NCBI GenBank assembly: GCA_963665325.3
Contig: OZ224045.1
Coordinates: 1,984,001-2,048,000 of the forward strand
DNA length: 64,000 nt
Direction of reading: 5' to 3'
From: Alphaproteobacteria bacterium
Lineage (GTDB): Bacteria > Pseudomonadota > Alphaproteobacteria > Bin95
Both the position numbers and the translations under genes were made by a program. Shown piece by piece: positions 44,848 through 55,127 of this stretch (positions are counted from its first letter, which is position 1; the number at the start of each line of letters is the position of its first letter). The notes under the pieces are model-generated. The model was not told where the DNA came from and did not search any database. It saw only the letters and a program-made list of their open reading frames with translations.

Positions 44848-47060
44848 TGGGTGTGCTGCGGCTGCTCTTCCACCCGGAACTCGGGCGGTCGCTGGGGGAA
44901 ATGAGAGCCTCGGCGGGCCGGATCGCGGGGTCGGTCGGTCAGCTGTGGCGGCTCCCGGAAGGCAGCCGCTTCGATGCGCGGCGGTTCCGCACGCGGATCG
45001 GGGTCGTGCGCCTCGCGCTCGGGCTGTCGCTGGTGGGGCTGGGGATTGCGCTGGGCACGGGGGTTGCGTGGGGCCAGGGGTTCCAGTCCGACCTGTTCGA
45101 TATCGTCGACGAGGCGAGCCGCGACCTGTTCGACCTGCTGCGCGGCGGGGACGGCGGCGGCAATGCGGCCTATGCGGCGCTCGGCGAGATGGTCGGCTAT
45201 TTCAATGCGGGCGTGCTCGTCCTCGCCGGCGCGCTGCTGATCTACCACACGGCCGCCGGCGTCATGGATACCGGCCGGACCGGCCGGCTCGGCTTCGGCG
45301 GCTGGGAGATCGTGCGCATCGTGGCATCCGTCGCCCTGCTCGTCCCCCTCCCGGGCGGCCCCTCGGGCGGGCAGCACATCGTGCTGGACCTGGCGGGGCT
45401 CGGCGGGGACTTCGCCCAGTCCGTGTGGAAGCCCTTTGCGGGCTCCCTGCTGGGCAGCTCGCGGGTGTCGGTTCCGAAGCCGTCGACCGTGGGGCGGGAG
45501 GTCATGATGGTGGACTTCCTGGTCGTGGAGGTCTGCCGGGAGCTGGCAGGCAAGAGGGTGGGCGGGGGGCCGTTGAGGACGACGGCAAGGGGCGGTGAGG
45601 TCTGGCGCTATGACGTGGCCCAGGGATCGAGAGGCTATGACATAAGGAGCCATTGCGGCGAGGTGAGGTTCGCGGGGCTGGACCGCGAGGGTCCGCGGGG
45701 GGATGTGGCGAAGGCGCATCTCGAGGGCATGAACGAGGCCCGCAAGGTCCTGGTCCCGGTCGCGAAGGAGATTGGAGCGCCTTACGAGGACGGTCGGCGG
45801 TTCGGGGAGCCGATGGACTGGTCGGCGGTGAGCGGTGCGATCGCGGGGGCTGTGGCGGCCTATTCGCAGGTGGTGGATGCGGCCGTGGCGGCGGCGGGAG
45901 AGCAGCAGAATACCGAGACGCAGGAGCGGCTGACTGCGGATCAGGCCGAGGATGGCAGCTGGACGACGGCGGGCAGCCTGTTCTTCCGGGTGGCGGAGCG
46001 GATCGGGGAGTTCAACTGGGCGGTGGTGAGCGCGCCCGAGGTAACGCCGCCCATGCTCGCCCTGAAGGACCGGGACAGGAAGACCTTCAAGGCGCTGCTG
46101 CAGATCGCGGAGGACATATCGACGGCGGCGGGATCGCCGGTGAGTCCGCTGGGCAGCCGGGCGCCGCAGACGGGGTCGGCTGGCGGGGGCGCGGGGAGCC
46201 TGTTGAACCAGGTCTTCTATACGGTCCTGTTCTCGTTTGAGGACGTGCTCGATGTGGAGGGCGACAATCCGCTCTCGGAGCTGGCGGCGATCGGGCACAA
46301 CCTGATAACGGCGGTCCTGGTGACGTCGGGCACGCTTATGAGCGTTGCGGCGGTGTCCAATGTGGGCGATGTCCAGGCGCTCGGATTTTCGCTCAGGGCC
46401 GATCTCTTCGAGGCGACCTGGCCGGTGATCGACGGCATGGTGACGATGCTGCTGATGGCGCTTCTGATCGGCGGTGCGGTTCTCGCCTATCTGGTGCCGG
46501 CGCTGCCGTTCATCCGGTTCCTGTTCGGACTGCTGGTCTGGATCCTGGCGGTGGTCGAGGCGTTCATTGCGATGACCGTGTGGCTCGCGGCGCAGACGGC
46601 GCGCGGCCAGGGCGACGGGCTCACCACGAACTCGACGGTGGGCGGGCTGGTGACGCTCGCGGGCGTGGTCTTGAGGCCGCCGCTGATGATCCTCGGGCTG
46701 ATCGTCGGCTACCTGGTCTTTACCGTCGTGATCGAGCTCTTCAACGCGATCTGGCTGACGCAGATGAAGGAGAGCGCCGGAGAGATCGGGCCTGGGATTA
46801 TCCAGTATGCGGTGTTCGTGGCGCTCTACGTGATGATCGCATACGGACTGCTGAATGCATCGCTGAAGCTGATCGAGATGCTGCCGGATGCGGTGATGAA
46901 CTGGATCGGCGGACGGGCCTCCGGCATGAGCGAGGCGGACCGGATGATCGGTGTGGCGACCGGCAGCACCGGGCGGCTCGGCGGGGTCGCGCCGAGCCGC
47001 TTCGGTGCGGGCGTGCGAAACAGGGCCGGGGCCGGCGGGCCGGCCGGCGGCGGGGATTGA
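44847..47060 (+). CDS. dotA: DotA/TraY polytopic membrane protein
   Basis: SWTTAG, NPLSELAAIGH, YLVPALPFIRF, LRPPLMILG and LPDAVMNWIGG motifs. Confidence 0.92.
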   Translation: MGVLRLLFHPELGRSLGEMRASAGRIAGSVGQLWRLPEGSRFDARRFRTRIGVVRLALGLSLVGLGIALGTGVAWGQGFQSDLFDIVDEASRDLFDLLRGGDGGGNAAYAALGEMVGYFNAGVLVLAGALLIYHTAAGVMDTGRTGRLGFGGWEIVRIVASVALLVPLPGGPSGGQHIVLDLAGLGGDFAQSVWKPFAGSLLGSSRVSVPKPSTVGREVMMVDFLVVEVCRELAGKRVGGGPLRTTARGGEVWRYDVAQGSRGYDIRSHCGEVRFAGLDREGPRGDVAKAHLEGMNEARKVLVPVAKEIGAPYEDGRRFGEPMDWSAVSGAIAGAVAAYSQVVDAAVAAAGEQQNTETQERLTADQAEDGSWTTAGSLFFRVAERIGEFNWAVVSAPEVTPPMLALKDRDRKTFKALLQIAEDISTAAGSPVSPLGSRAPQTGSAGGGAGSLLNQVFYTVLFSFEDVLDVEGDNPLSELAAIGHNLITAVLVTSGTLMSVAAVSNVGDVQALGFSLRADLFEATWPVIDGMVTMLLMALLIGGAVLAYLVPALPFIRFLFGLLVWILAVVEAFIAMTVWLAAQTARGQGDGLTTNSTVGGLVTLAGVVLRPPLMILGLIVGYLVFTVVIELFNAIWLTQMKESAGEIGPGIIQYAVFVALYVMIAYGLLNASLKLIEMLPDAVMNWIGGRASGMSEADRMIGVATGSTGRLGGVAPSRFGAGVRNRAGAGGPAGGGD

Positions 47061-47077
47061 ACGCAAGGAGACGTGCG

Positions 47078-49024
47078 ATGGGCGACAGGTGGAAGGGTTT
47101 CGGGGTGGCGGCGGTATTCGCGTTGCTTGGTCTGGGCGCCGCGGTCTGGTTGGTGCTGGAGCGGGCGGATGCCGGGACCGGAGCGCGGCTGCTGATTGCG
47201 GCGGTCGTGGGCGGCCTTGCGGCCTGGTGCTTCTGCGGGAGCTCGCGCGCGGGCGAGGTGCGTAGCTTCGGTCTGGGGCTCGGCATGCTGTTGGTCGCGG
47301 CTGCGGGCGTGTGGTCCTGGATGATCGACACCTGGGTGTGGGCGGGACTCGTCCGGCTTCGCGGCGCGGCCCTGGACAGGTTCGGGGAAAGCTGGGAGAC
47401 GGTCTGCGTATATGTGGGGCCTGCGGCGGGGGTGTTCCTGGCTTTCCTGATATTGAGCATGACGGCCAGGACGACGGCCAAACGGGTCGCCGGCGAAAGG
47501 GGAAGGAAGAAGGCTGAGTCGGAGCTCTTCGGAAAGGCGAAGTTCCTGGAGCGGCGCTGGCTCCGTGAGCTCGCACGGCAAAAGGGGGTGCTGATCGGAA
47601 AGAGCCCGGACGGGCTGATTTCCTATCCGCTGGAAGGCTCGGCAATGACTTTTGCCCCGCCGCGGACCGGCAAGGGCGCGACGATCGCGTTGAACTACCT
47701 GTCTCCGGAAGAGCGCGGCTGGCAGGGCTCGACCGTGGTGATCGATCCGAGGGGGGAGCTTTACCCGATCGTGGCGCGGCGCCGGCGTTCGTTGGGGCGC
47801 CGACCGGTTCTCCTGGACCCCTTCGGCATGGTCGCGAGGCACAGGGAGCTGGAGGGCGGCGAGGCGGATTTCGGCGAGGGGGCCGTGCTGCATCTGCCGG
47901 TCTGGAAGAGCGATACCTACAACCCGCTGGACTTCATCCGCGAAGGCGATGAGGCGGTGCGGGATATCGGCGTCCTGGTCGAGGCGCTGATGGAGCGCCC
48001 GAAGGGCGACGGTGGAAACTCGAAGCACTTCTACGAGTCCGCCCGGTCGCTGATAAGCGGGTATCTGTCCTGGGTGCGGTTCAAGATGCCGCCCGATCAA
48101 CGAAACCTGAAGACGCTCTACGAGCTGCTGTCGCTCGGCAACGATGCGCGGGATGAGTTCTTTGCCCAGGTCGCGGCGACGGACCCCTTCTGCGGCGGCC
48201 TGATGCATCTCGCGATGGAGCGGTCCAGGCGGGTCGGCAAGGAAGAGGGGGGCTCGAACTTCACCACGGTATCGAACCAGCTCTCCTTCCTGAACTATCC
48301 GGAGATCTCGGCGCATACGAGCTCGTCGAGTTTCGATCCGCTGGACCTGGCGAACGGCGATGTGGACGTGTTCGTGGTCGTGCCGGACGAGATGACGAGC
48401 CTCGTGAAGGGCTGGCTGCGGCTGTGGGTCTCTATTCCCTATGCGGTGGCGTCGCGGCGCGCGATGCAGCGCGACATGCTGGTCGTGATCGACGAGCTGC
48501 CTGCGATCGGGCACCTGCAGCCGGTCATGGACGGCTACAACCTCGCCGCGGGCAAGGGCGTTCACTTCTGGACGTTCGCGCAGTCGGTGTCGGCGCTGGA
48601 CGATACCTGGGGGCAGGATGCCCACAAGACGCTGATGGAGCTCGCCGAGGTGGTCCAGATCCTCGGCTGGTCTCGAATTGCTGTCGATGGCGCCGAGCTC
48701 TTGTCCAAGGCGATCGGCGCGGCCACCTTCGTGAACCGCAGTGAAAGCAGGTCCGGGCAAATGCGCGACAGCGCCCTCCTCCCGGACGGCCAGAGCTCGC
48801 TCCAGGAATCGCTGTCGGTCGTGAAGGAGCAGCTGGTGCCGGCGGACGAGATCCTGTCCATGGGGCCGGACGATCAGTTCGTGGTGGCATCGCCGAAGAA
48901 TATGCCCCGCGACGTGATCCGGCTCAGGCATGCACGCTATTGGCAGCTGCAGGATGTGGCGCTGCTGGCCGATCCGAACCCGTATGTGGTCCGCAAGGAA
49001 AGGTCGCTGGCGGAAGCAGCCTGA
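47078..49024 (+). CDS. traG: Type IV coupling protein, VirD4/TraG family
   Basis: N-terminal TMs, LFGKAKF, Walker A APPRTGKG, VIDPRGE, YNPLD, VIDELPAIG and QSVSAL motifs. Confidence 0.88.
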   Translation: MGDRWKGFGVAAVFALLGLGAAVWLVLERADAGTGARLLIAAVVGGLAAWCFCGSSRAGEVRSFGLGLGMLLVAAAGVWSWMIDTWVWAGLVRLRGAALDRFGESWETVCVYVGPAAGVFLAFLILSMTARTTAKRVAGERGRKKAESELFGKAKFLERRWLRELARQKGVLIGKSPDGLISYPLEGSAMTFAPPRTGKGATIALNYLSPEERGWQGSTVVIDPRGELYPIVARRRRSLGRRPVLLDPFGMVARHRELEGGEADFGEGAVLHLPVWKSDTYNPLDFIREGDEAVRDIGVLVEALMERPKGDGGNSKHFYESARSLISGYLSWVRFKMPPDQRNLKTLYELLSLGNDARDEFFAQVAATDPFCGGLMHLAMERSRRVGKEEGGSNFTTVSNQLSFLNYPEISAHTSSSSFDPLDLANGDVDVFVVVPDEMTSLVKGWLRLWVSIPYAVASRRAMQRDMLVVIDELPAIGHLQPVMDGYNLAAGKGVHFWTFAQSVSALDDTWGQDAHKTLMELAEVVQILGWSRIAVDGAELLSKAIGAATFVNRSESRSGQMRDSALLPDGQSSLQESLSVVKEQLVPADEILSMGPDDQFVVASPKNMPRDVIRLRHARYWQLQDVALLADPNPYVVRKERSLAEAA

Positions 49025-49052
49025 GGACGCGACCGGGCGGAGGGTCCTGCAC

Positions 49053-49685
49053 ATGGCGAGGAGAAGACGGCGCGGAGGGGCTGGCGCGATCGATTTGCCG
49101 TGGTGGGTCGCCGTATTTCTGGCGGCCGGGTCCTGGGTCGGAATTGTCCATTTGCTGCCGGAAGTGTTGGCGGGCCTTCCGGTCGGAGGGCGCCGCCTTG
49201 CGGTTTTCGCGGATCGGCTATGGGTGCCGGCGACAGCGGTTGCGGCGGTGTTTCTGTTGTGGGCATTGGCGCTGTGGCGCCGGGGAACGCGAAAGAAGCG
49301 GCTGCTGGATACGAGGACGGGCATTGCCTCGATCCGGGCGTTGTCCTGGCGCGAGTTCGAGGAGCTTGTGGCGGAGGCGTTCCGGCGAGAAGGATATCGG
49401 GTCGTGGAGAACACGAAGGGAGGCGCCGATGGCGGGATCGATATCCGGTTGCGCAAGGAGGGACGGCTTATCCTGGTGCAGTGCAAGCACTGGAACAGCA
49501 ATAGGGTCGGGGTTCCGGTAGTCCGGGAAATGTGCGGGGTGATGATGGACCAGCACGCGGCCGGTGTCGTGATCGTGTGTTCGGGGGGCTTCACGCGCGA
49601 TGCGTGGGGTTTCGCGAAGGACAAGCCGGTTCGGCTCGTCGACGGCCAAGGGCTTCTGCGAATGATCGCTCGGGTCAAGGAATGA
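49053..49685 (+). CDS. Membrane-anchored Mrr_cat-family restriction endonuclease-like protein
   Basis: Two TMs then LSWREFEELV, ADGGIDI, VQCKHW, FTRDA and LVDG motifs. Confidence 0.85.
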   Translation: MARRRRRGGAGAIDLPWWVAVFLAAGSWVGIVHLLPEVLAGLPVGGRRLAVFADRLWVPATAVAAVFLLWALALWRRGTRKKRLLDTRTGIASIRALSWREFEELVAEAFRREGYRVVENTKGGADGGIDIRLRKEGRLILVQCKHWNSNRVGVPVVREMCGVMMDQHAAGVVIVCSGGFTRDAWGFAKDKPVRLVDGQGLLRMIARVKE

Positions 49686-50040
49686 CGGTCGGCAATCGGT
49701 TTTCCGGGTCTGCAGGGAGGACGGGAAGTGGACAAGGGATTTGTGCTGACGGCTTGTCTGGTACTGGCGGTACTGGTGCTGCCGGTTGATTGCGAAGCTG
49801 AACCCGGAAGGACGCTGGAAGCGCGGGGTTTCGAGGTCTGGGTAGACGATGCGGAGCACCTGATTATCGGGATCGTGGAAAATGCTGCCCGTTGGCGAGG
49901 TCGCGGCCGTCGAGTTCGTGGCCGGCAAGGGCCAGGGCGGGCCAGAGCAGGACGAGGGCCGGCAGGACGGCCTTCATGCGACCTCCACCCGTGTCTTCAT
50001 CCCCGATGCCTAGTGGACTGCGCGGACAAGCTACTGCCGT

Positions 50041-50143
50041 GCCAGTGGTACATCAATTTTGCTCCGCCGTTGACAGCGACGATCTCAGCGCCCAGCGCGA
50101 TCTCGACCCGGTCGACATAGCCCTTGATCGTCACCTTCTTGCC
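50041..50143 (-). mobile_element. IS21-family scar: istA fragment joined to an IS21-like end
   Basis: Minus strand reads GKKVTIKGYVDRVEIALGAEIVA (IstA C-terminal-like), followed directly by TGTCAACGGCGGAGCAAAATTG from 50075. Confidence 0.45.
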
Positions 50144-50491
50144 CAGGATCGGGCCTGACCGCGATGTAATACCAACGGCGGCGAGTTAGAACCCATGTGG
50201 CCATTCTCTGGTTCCGATGGACGCGATACCCCCCAACCGGAGCGGACCCTTTGTTCATCTGAGCTTTCTCCTTCAGGCCTTTTCGTGACAGGCTTTTCGT
50301 CTGTTTCCCCGACCAAGCGCAGTATAGACAGCCAGAAAGCGCCCCCGGATCGGGGTCCGGGGCAGGCTCCCGCCGAGCTGGGAGGGCAGGCTGCGCCGTG
50401 CGGGCTTCAGGTGGCCCTGGAGGGCCCGTTTCGGCTTGGGAGACGCTCGTTATTCTCGCTTTTTATACATCGCCATGCTATATTTGCAAGT

Positions 50492-51658
50492 ATGATACCC
50501 CGTCAGATCACCGAAACCGTTCGCGCCAGGCTGGACCTGTTCCCGGCCGTGGCCCTGCTCGGGCCACGCCAGGTCGGCAAGACGACCTTGGCGGAAATCA
50601 TCGCCGCAGAACGCCCCAGCGTCTATCTCGACCTAGAGGCGTTCGACGCCCGCGAACAACTGGCTGACGCTCCCCTCTTCCTCGAGGCGCACGCGGACCG
50701 GCTGGTCGTCCTGGACGAGGTCCAGCGCATGCCGGAACTGTTCGCGACGCTCCGCGGCGTGATCGACAGGGGCCGGCGCCAGGGACGCCGCGCCGGACGG
50801 TTCCTGCTGTTGGGTTCGGCGTCGGGCGATCTGCTCAGGCAGTCGGGAGAATCCCTGGCCGGCCGCATCGCCTATGTCGAACTGACCCCGTTCCACCTGC
50901 CCGAGGCCGGCGAAGACGCGGTGGAGACGCTCTGGACCAGGGGCGGCTTCCCCGACAGCTTCCTCGCCGGGAGCGACAGGGCCAGCGCGATCTGGCGCGA
51001 GAACTTCATCCGCACCTATCTTGAGCGCGACATCCCCCGGCTGGGGCCGCGGGTGTCGGCAGACACGCTGCGCCGGCTCTGGACCATGCTGTGCCATCTG
51101 CAGGGCGGGACGCTCAACATCGCCGGGATCGCCCGTGGCCTGGGCCTCGACGGGAGAACGGTCGCCGGCTATCTCGACATGCTCGTCGACCTCCTGCTGG
51201 TGCGACGCCTGCTACCCTTCCACGCAAATGTCGGCAAGCGCCTGGTGAAGGCCCCCAAGGTCTATGTGCGCGACAGTGGCATCGTCCACACGCTGCTCCG
51301 GCTGGACGATCGCGACGCCGTTCTGGGCCATCCGGTCGCCGGCGGAAGCTGGGAAGGCTTCGTCCTGGAGACTCTGCTGGCGGCGGCACCTGAGCGGACG
51401 GCCGCCTGGTTCTACCGGACGGCCGCCGGGGCCGAGATCGACCTGGTGCTGGAGATGCCGGACGGCGAGTTGTGGGCGGTCGAGATCAAGCGCGCCCGGG
51501 CGCCGGGGCTCGAGAAGGGATTCCACCACGCCCGCCAGGATCTCCGCCCGTCCCGCGCCTTCCTCGTCGGCTCGGGTACGGACCGCTATCCGAAGGCCGA
51601 CGGCGTCGAGGTCATCGGCTTGGCCGAGCTGGCGTACATCCTTCGCGAAATCCCATAG
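50492..51658 (+). CDS. AAA_14 plus DUF4143 ATP-binding protein
   Basis: GPRQVGKTT, LDEVQ, LLGSAS, ESLAGR, GGFP, KAPKVY and EIDLV...EIK motifs. Confidence 0.9.
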   Translation: MIPRQITETVRARLDLFPAVALLGPRQVGKTTLAEIIAAERPSVYLDLEAFDAREQLADAPLFLEAHADRLVVLDEVQRMPELFATLRGVIDRGRRQGRRAGRFLLLGSASGDLLRQSGESLAGRIAYVELTPFHLPEAGEDAVETLWTRGGFPDSFLAGSDRASAIWRENFIRTYLERDIPRLGPRVSADTLRRLWTMLCHLQGGTLNIAGIARGLGLDGRTVAGYLDMLVDLLLVRRLLPFHANVGKRLVKAPKVYVRDSGIVHTLLRLDDRDAVLGHPVAGGSWEGFVLETLLAAAPERTAAWFYRTAAGAEIDLVLEMPDGELWAVEIKRARAPGLEKGFHHARQDLRPSRAFLVGSGTDRYPKADGVEVIGLAELAYILREIP

Positions 51659-51673
51659 GACGGGAGAGACATC

Positions 51674-52099
51674 ATGTTGGACCTCCACCATCCGGACATG
51701 GCGTCCGACAACGCCGCCGGGCTGTTTTCGTCGGATGCGACGTGGATGAAAACGCAGGTGCTCGACGCCCGGGCGGTCGGAACGCGGGAATTCGACCTCG
51801 ACGAGTTCGCCCGGTATCGGCGCATCCGGATCCTCACCTATTCGTCGAGCGTGCCGATGCTGAGCACGCTATTCGAGCGGTTCAACGGCCTCTACAAGGC
51901 CGAGGTGATCCATCGGCGTGGCCCGTGGAGATCGTGGAGGCTGTCGAATAGGTGCATCGGGGCTCTGTGGAGAAGCGCCCCGGCGGCGTCGGGAGCATTA
52001 TCGCTAGCTTCCGCCAGGGCGCTACGCGGCATCCATTGGGGGTTCGGCACCGCGCAGCGTCAGCTTGCGACAGCCTTCGAGGGAAAGTCGATTCGCTGA
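51674..52099 (+). pseudogene. Truncated gene fused to an IS3-family transposase remnant (51884-51948)
   Basis: NGLYKAEVIHRRGPWRS followed by a frameshifted EAVE is an IS3 OrfB C-terminal motif. Confidence 0.55.
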
Positions 52100-52204
52100 T
52101 CGGAGCCAGCATTCGCCGCTGGACCATGAACGCGATCTCGGTCAGGCTGCGAAGGCTGGTGTCGTGAGCCCGTCCCGTTCGTCGCGCTATAGCGGAGGCC
52201 CGCA

Positions 52205-52666
52205 ATGCGGCTTAGCAAACGTGTCGACTACGCTCTGCGGGCGCTCGTCTATCTTGCCGTCCATGAAGGGCGCCTCTCCACCATCCACGAGATCGCGGAA
52301 TGCTACGGGATTTCCCGAAGCCACCTGACCAAGGTCGTCTGGCAACTGGGCGGGGCCGGGTACGTGGAGACGGTTCGCGGAAAGAAGGGCGGGGTCAGGC
52401 TGGCTCATCCGCCAGAGACGATTTCCCTTGGCGCGCTCGTGCGTCCTATCGAGCGAACTTTTCCGCCCGCCGAGTGCTTTCCCGACGGGGCGGGCGCGTG
52501 CCGGATCGTCTCATGCTGCCGGTATCGGTCGATACTCGCGGAAGCGGAGGAAGCCTTCTTTGCAGTGTTCGACCGCTACGCGGTTCATGACCTCGTGCAT
52601 CACGTTCGGAGGGGAGGAAGCGAAGCCGGAGGCGTGGCGGCGACCGGGCCGACGCGATCACATTGA
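52205..52666 (+). CDS. Rrf2-family (NsrR-like) transcriptional regulator
   Basis: DYALRAL, ISRSHLTKV, RGKKGG and the Cys ligand region ECF...CRIVSCC. Confidence 0.88.
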   Translation: MRLSKRVDYALRALVYLAVHEGRLSTIHEIAECYGISRSHLTKVVWQLGGAGYVETVRGKKGGVRLAHPPETISLGALVRPIERTFPPAECFPDGAGACRIVSCCRYRSILAEAEEAFFAVFDRYAVHDLVHHVRRGGSEAGGVAATGPTRSH

Positions 52667-53010
52667 CCAGCTGCGTTCTCGCGTGAGCTCCTGCTGCTGT
52701 GCGAGGACCCTGATCTGGCGTTTGTAGAAGCCCTCGGAGAGATTGACGAGACCCGCCGCGATAGCGCGGGAGGAAGGTCGCGGGCGAGGTTCCGGACGGA
52801 GACGTTCAGGCGGCGGCGTTTGGCGTCGTCTACGAATGTGCGGAAGGCGGTGAGCGTGCAGGGGGCGTTGGGCCTTGGTGATCTGGCTTTGAGTGGCGGC
52901 GGCAGGATGTTCTGACTTGTACCGTTGGCATATAGCGGAGGGTGGCGAGGCCAAGAAAAGCCTGCTTTAGGACATGAATGGTCGGTGTCGAGAGAACGAC
53001 TAGGTAGGGA

Positions 53011-53553
53011 TTAATTCACGGGGAGAAGGGGGAGATGGATGTTGATATATTCGAGATTCTGTTCGTTCGATCGGCGGTTTGTGGGGCGCTTTCCGCGTGC
53101 GAGGATGGCGTTCATGGTGAAGCTGACCATGGCCTCGGGTTGGAGGTCTTCGGCCGTGAGCTGGATGTTGATGAGGGTTGGGACCTTCGGTGGCAGCAAG
53201 GTGAAGGTCGTACCAGGAAGCCTGCTATTCCTGTTGGTAATGCAGTCGTCGATTCGCGAATCGCGAAGGTTTCTGCATTTTGCAATGCCAGCGATTTCGC
53301 TGAGGTAGTGGACCCCGCCCTTGTTGTCGAGGGCGAGCGGACTTGGCCCAACGAGCGCGAGATAAGCAGAGGTATCGGCCGTATTGGTGATCGTGACGCT
53401 GACCGTGAGACTGCTTTGGGCCCGGTCGGCTCCGATGAAGAGAACTTGGGTGGATAGGCCGTTTCCTTGGACGGCTGGCGAGGGCGGGTGGCTCGAGTGT
53501 GCGGCGGCTGCAGACGCAGTCAGAAGAAGGGCGAGGGCCAGAAGGGGCTTCAT
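53011..53553 (-). CDS. Exported hypothetical protein, lower GC
   Basis: Signal peptide MKPLLALALLLTASAAAA; one Cys pair. Confidence 0.65.
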   Translation of the reverse strand: MKPLLALALLLTASAAAAHSSHPPSPAVQGNGLSTQVLFIGADRAQSSLTVSVTITNTADTSAYLALVGPSPLALDNKGGVHYLSEIAGIAKCRNLRDSRIDDCITNRNSRLPGTTFTLLPPKVPTLINIQLTAEDLQPEAMVSFTMNAILARGKRPTNRRSNEQNLEYINIHLPLLPVN

Positions 53554-53564
53554 GGTCCATGTCC

Positions 53565-54065
53565 TCATGGAGCGGTATCGGATTGAGGGGTTGTCCACAT
53601 GCGGGCGAGAAATTCGCGCGCTTCGAGTCCAACCGCCGTGGTGTAGATGGCTGTAGTCGAGATGTCCGCATGGCCGAGGACGGCGGCGATCGTGGGTCGT
53701 GGGACGCCGGTGGCGACGGTAGCAATTCCGAAGGAATGGTGCTGGCCCTTGGGGCATGCCTGCGGTCCGGAGATCCCGGCGCGCTCCCTGACGGCGACGA
53801 TCCGTCTGTGTCCGGTTGCCCTGGACCAGGGCCAGAGAGGTTTCCTGGCGCGTCGCGGCTGGATCGCGCGCAGGCCGTGGACGAGCTCGAGGGCGCGCAG
53901 GAGGTCGGCTGGCAGCGGGACCTCGCGCCAGTGCTCGGCGCGGCGCTTGAGCGTGCGGATCCGGATCGCGGTTACGTCCAGGTCGATATTTGCAGGGCGG
54001 AGGGCGAGAACCTCGGAGAGCCTGGCGCCGGAATGTGCGAGAGTGAGCGCGAAGGTCTGGCGATC
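53565..54065 (-). pseudogene. Degenerate, 5'-truncated copy of the tyrosine recombinase at 55128-55730
   Basis: Near-identical to the intact copy, but KGLRHAF has become KGQHHSF (catalytic Arg lost) and the N-terminus is missing. Confidence 0.8.
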
Positions 54066-54180
54066 CGACTTCCTTGGCGTGAAAGGAGAAGGATTCGATG
54101 ACCCGGAAAGCGGTAATACCGGCGGCGGTTGATCGGAACCAATAGCGAGGGTGCCCCTGCCGTCGGCTTGGTCCTCTTCC

Positions 54181-54290
54181 CCCTTGTATCCGGATTAGCG
54201 GGACCAGCCGCGTATCGAGGGAGGCGTTTCCGCCGGCGGGACGGTCCTTCGATACGCGCCCGCTGGTGCGGGCGCTACTCAGGATGAGGA
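54181..54290. repeat. REP/RIME-like palindromic element
   Basis: CGCGTATCGAGGGA...TCCTTCGATACGCG inverted repeat, inner GCGCCCGC-TGGT-GCGGGCGC hairpin, and CTCAGGATGAGG end resembling alphaproteobacterial intergenic repeats. Confidence 0.55.
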
Positions 54291-54374
54291 GAGGGCCGCG
54301 ATGTCGGGCGGGGCGGGGCCAACAAATGAGTCTCAACCCGGCACCGCTGGTATGAGTCAATTCGTCCACAGGGC

Positions 54375-55061
54375 TTAGCTCCGGGCTTCCCCTACCACTC
54401 GCTCTGCAATGAGGGTATCAAGTTCATTGAGGCGGTCTTGGATAGCCAGCCCGAGGGCTTCGAGGACGAAGTCCGGATCGGCTCCGGGAAGTACCTTGGA
54501 AAGTCCGAGTTCTGTCGGTCTGTGAGGCGCCTGCAGGTCGAGCATGAGAGCTTCGCGGGTGTTGCCTGAAATATCGATGCGCCACATTTCCGGGACGCCC
54601 AGGCGACAGTAGAAGGCCGGCTTGTCCCGATCCCCCGGGCTGCGCTCGACCTCTACCACCAGGTCAGGCGGGTTGTTCAACTCGAATGCCTCGCGTTCTG
54701 CCGGACCCTGCGCATAAGCCCGGCCCCAGCGTTCGGCCGTTTCGCCCAAATAGTAGCAGGAATCGGGTTCGGCACCGGTGTTATCCGGATCGTCGGGCCG
54801 GCGCCAGCGTATCGAGCCCAGATGGATCGCGCGGATCCCGAGACGGCGGCCCATGGCGTCCAGCAGCCGGTCGGTGCCCCTGGCGTGGAGTTCATGCTCG
54901 GGGGACGGCGTCATCAAGTCGACAAAGCCGGTCACCGGGTCGATGAAAACCCGCCGCGCAAGACTGTTCCAGTCGAACTTGGCAGTCAGCAGCGGCACGC
55001 TCTCCGGATCGAGGTGGAATCGGAGATATTCCGACCCCATGCTGCCAATTACCCGTTCCAT
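54375..55061 (-). CDS. Uma2-family PD-(D/E)xK endonuclease-like protein
   Basis: MTPSPEHE, AEPDSCYY, PDLVVEV and LGVPEMW motifs. Confidence 0.85.
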   Translation of the reverse strand: MERVIGSMGSEYLRFHLDPESVPLLTAKFDWNSLARRVFIDPVTGFVDLMTPSPEHELHARGTDRLLDAMGRRLGIRAIHLGSIRWRRPDDPDNTGAEPDSCYYLGETAERWGRAYAQGPAEREAFELNNPPDLVVEVERSPGDRDKPAFYCRLGVPEMWRIDISGNTREALMLDLQAPHRPTELGLSKVLPGADPDFVLEALGLAIQDRLNELDTLIAERVVGEARS

Positions 55062-55127
55062 GGCGCAAACCCTCCGACGGCCTGTCTTCGCCTCAGTATA
55101 GCTGGGGCTTCATGATGGTGTTGTAGG

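Noticed and set aside
6219-49735. Long antisense ORFs (e.g. 6219-8858, 11849-14566, 44736-47645, 46826-49735) and the 487-aa antisense ORF in each transposon copy
   Set aside because: Shadow frames of high-GC genes, Arg/Pro/His-rich with no motifs.
52658-52954. Possible gene fragment convergent with the Rrf2 gene
   Set aside because: No confident start and no recognisable family; appears frameshifted.
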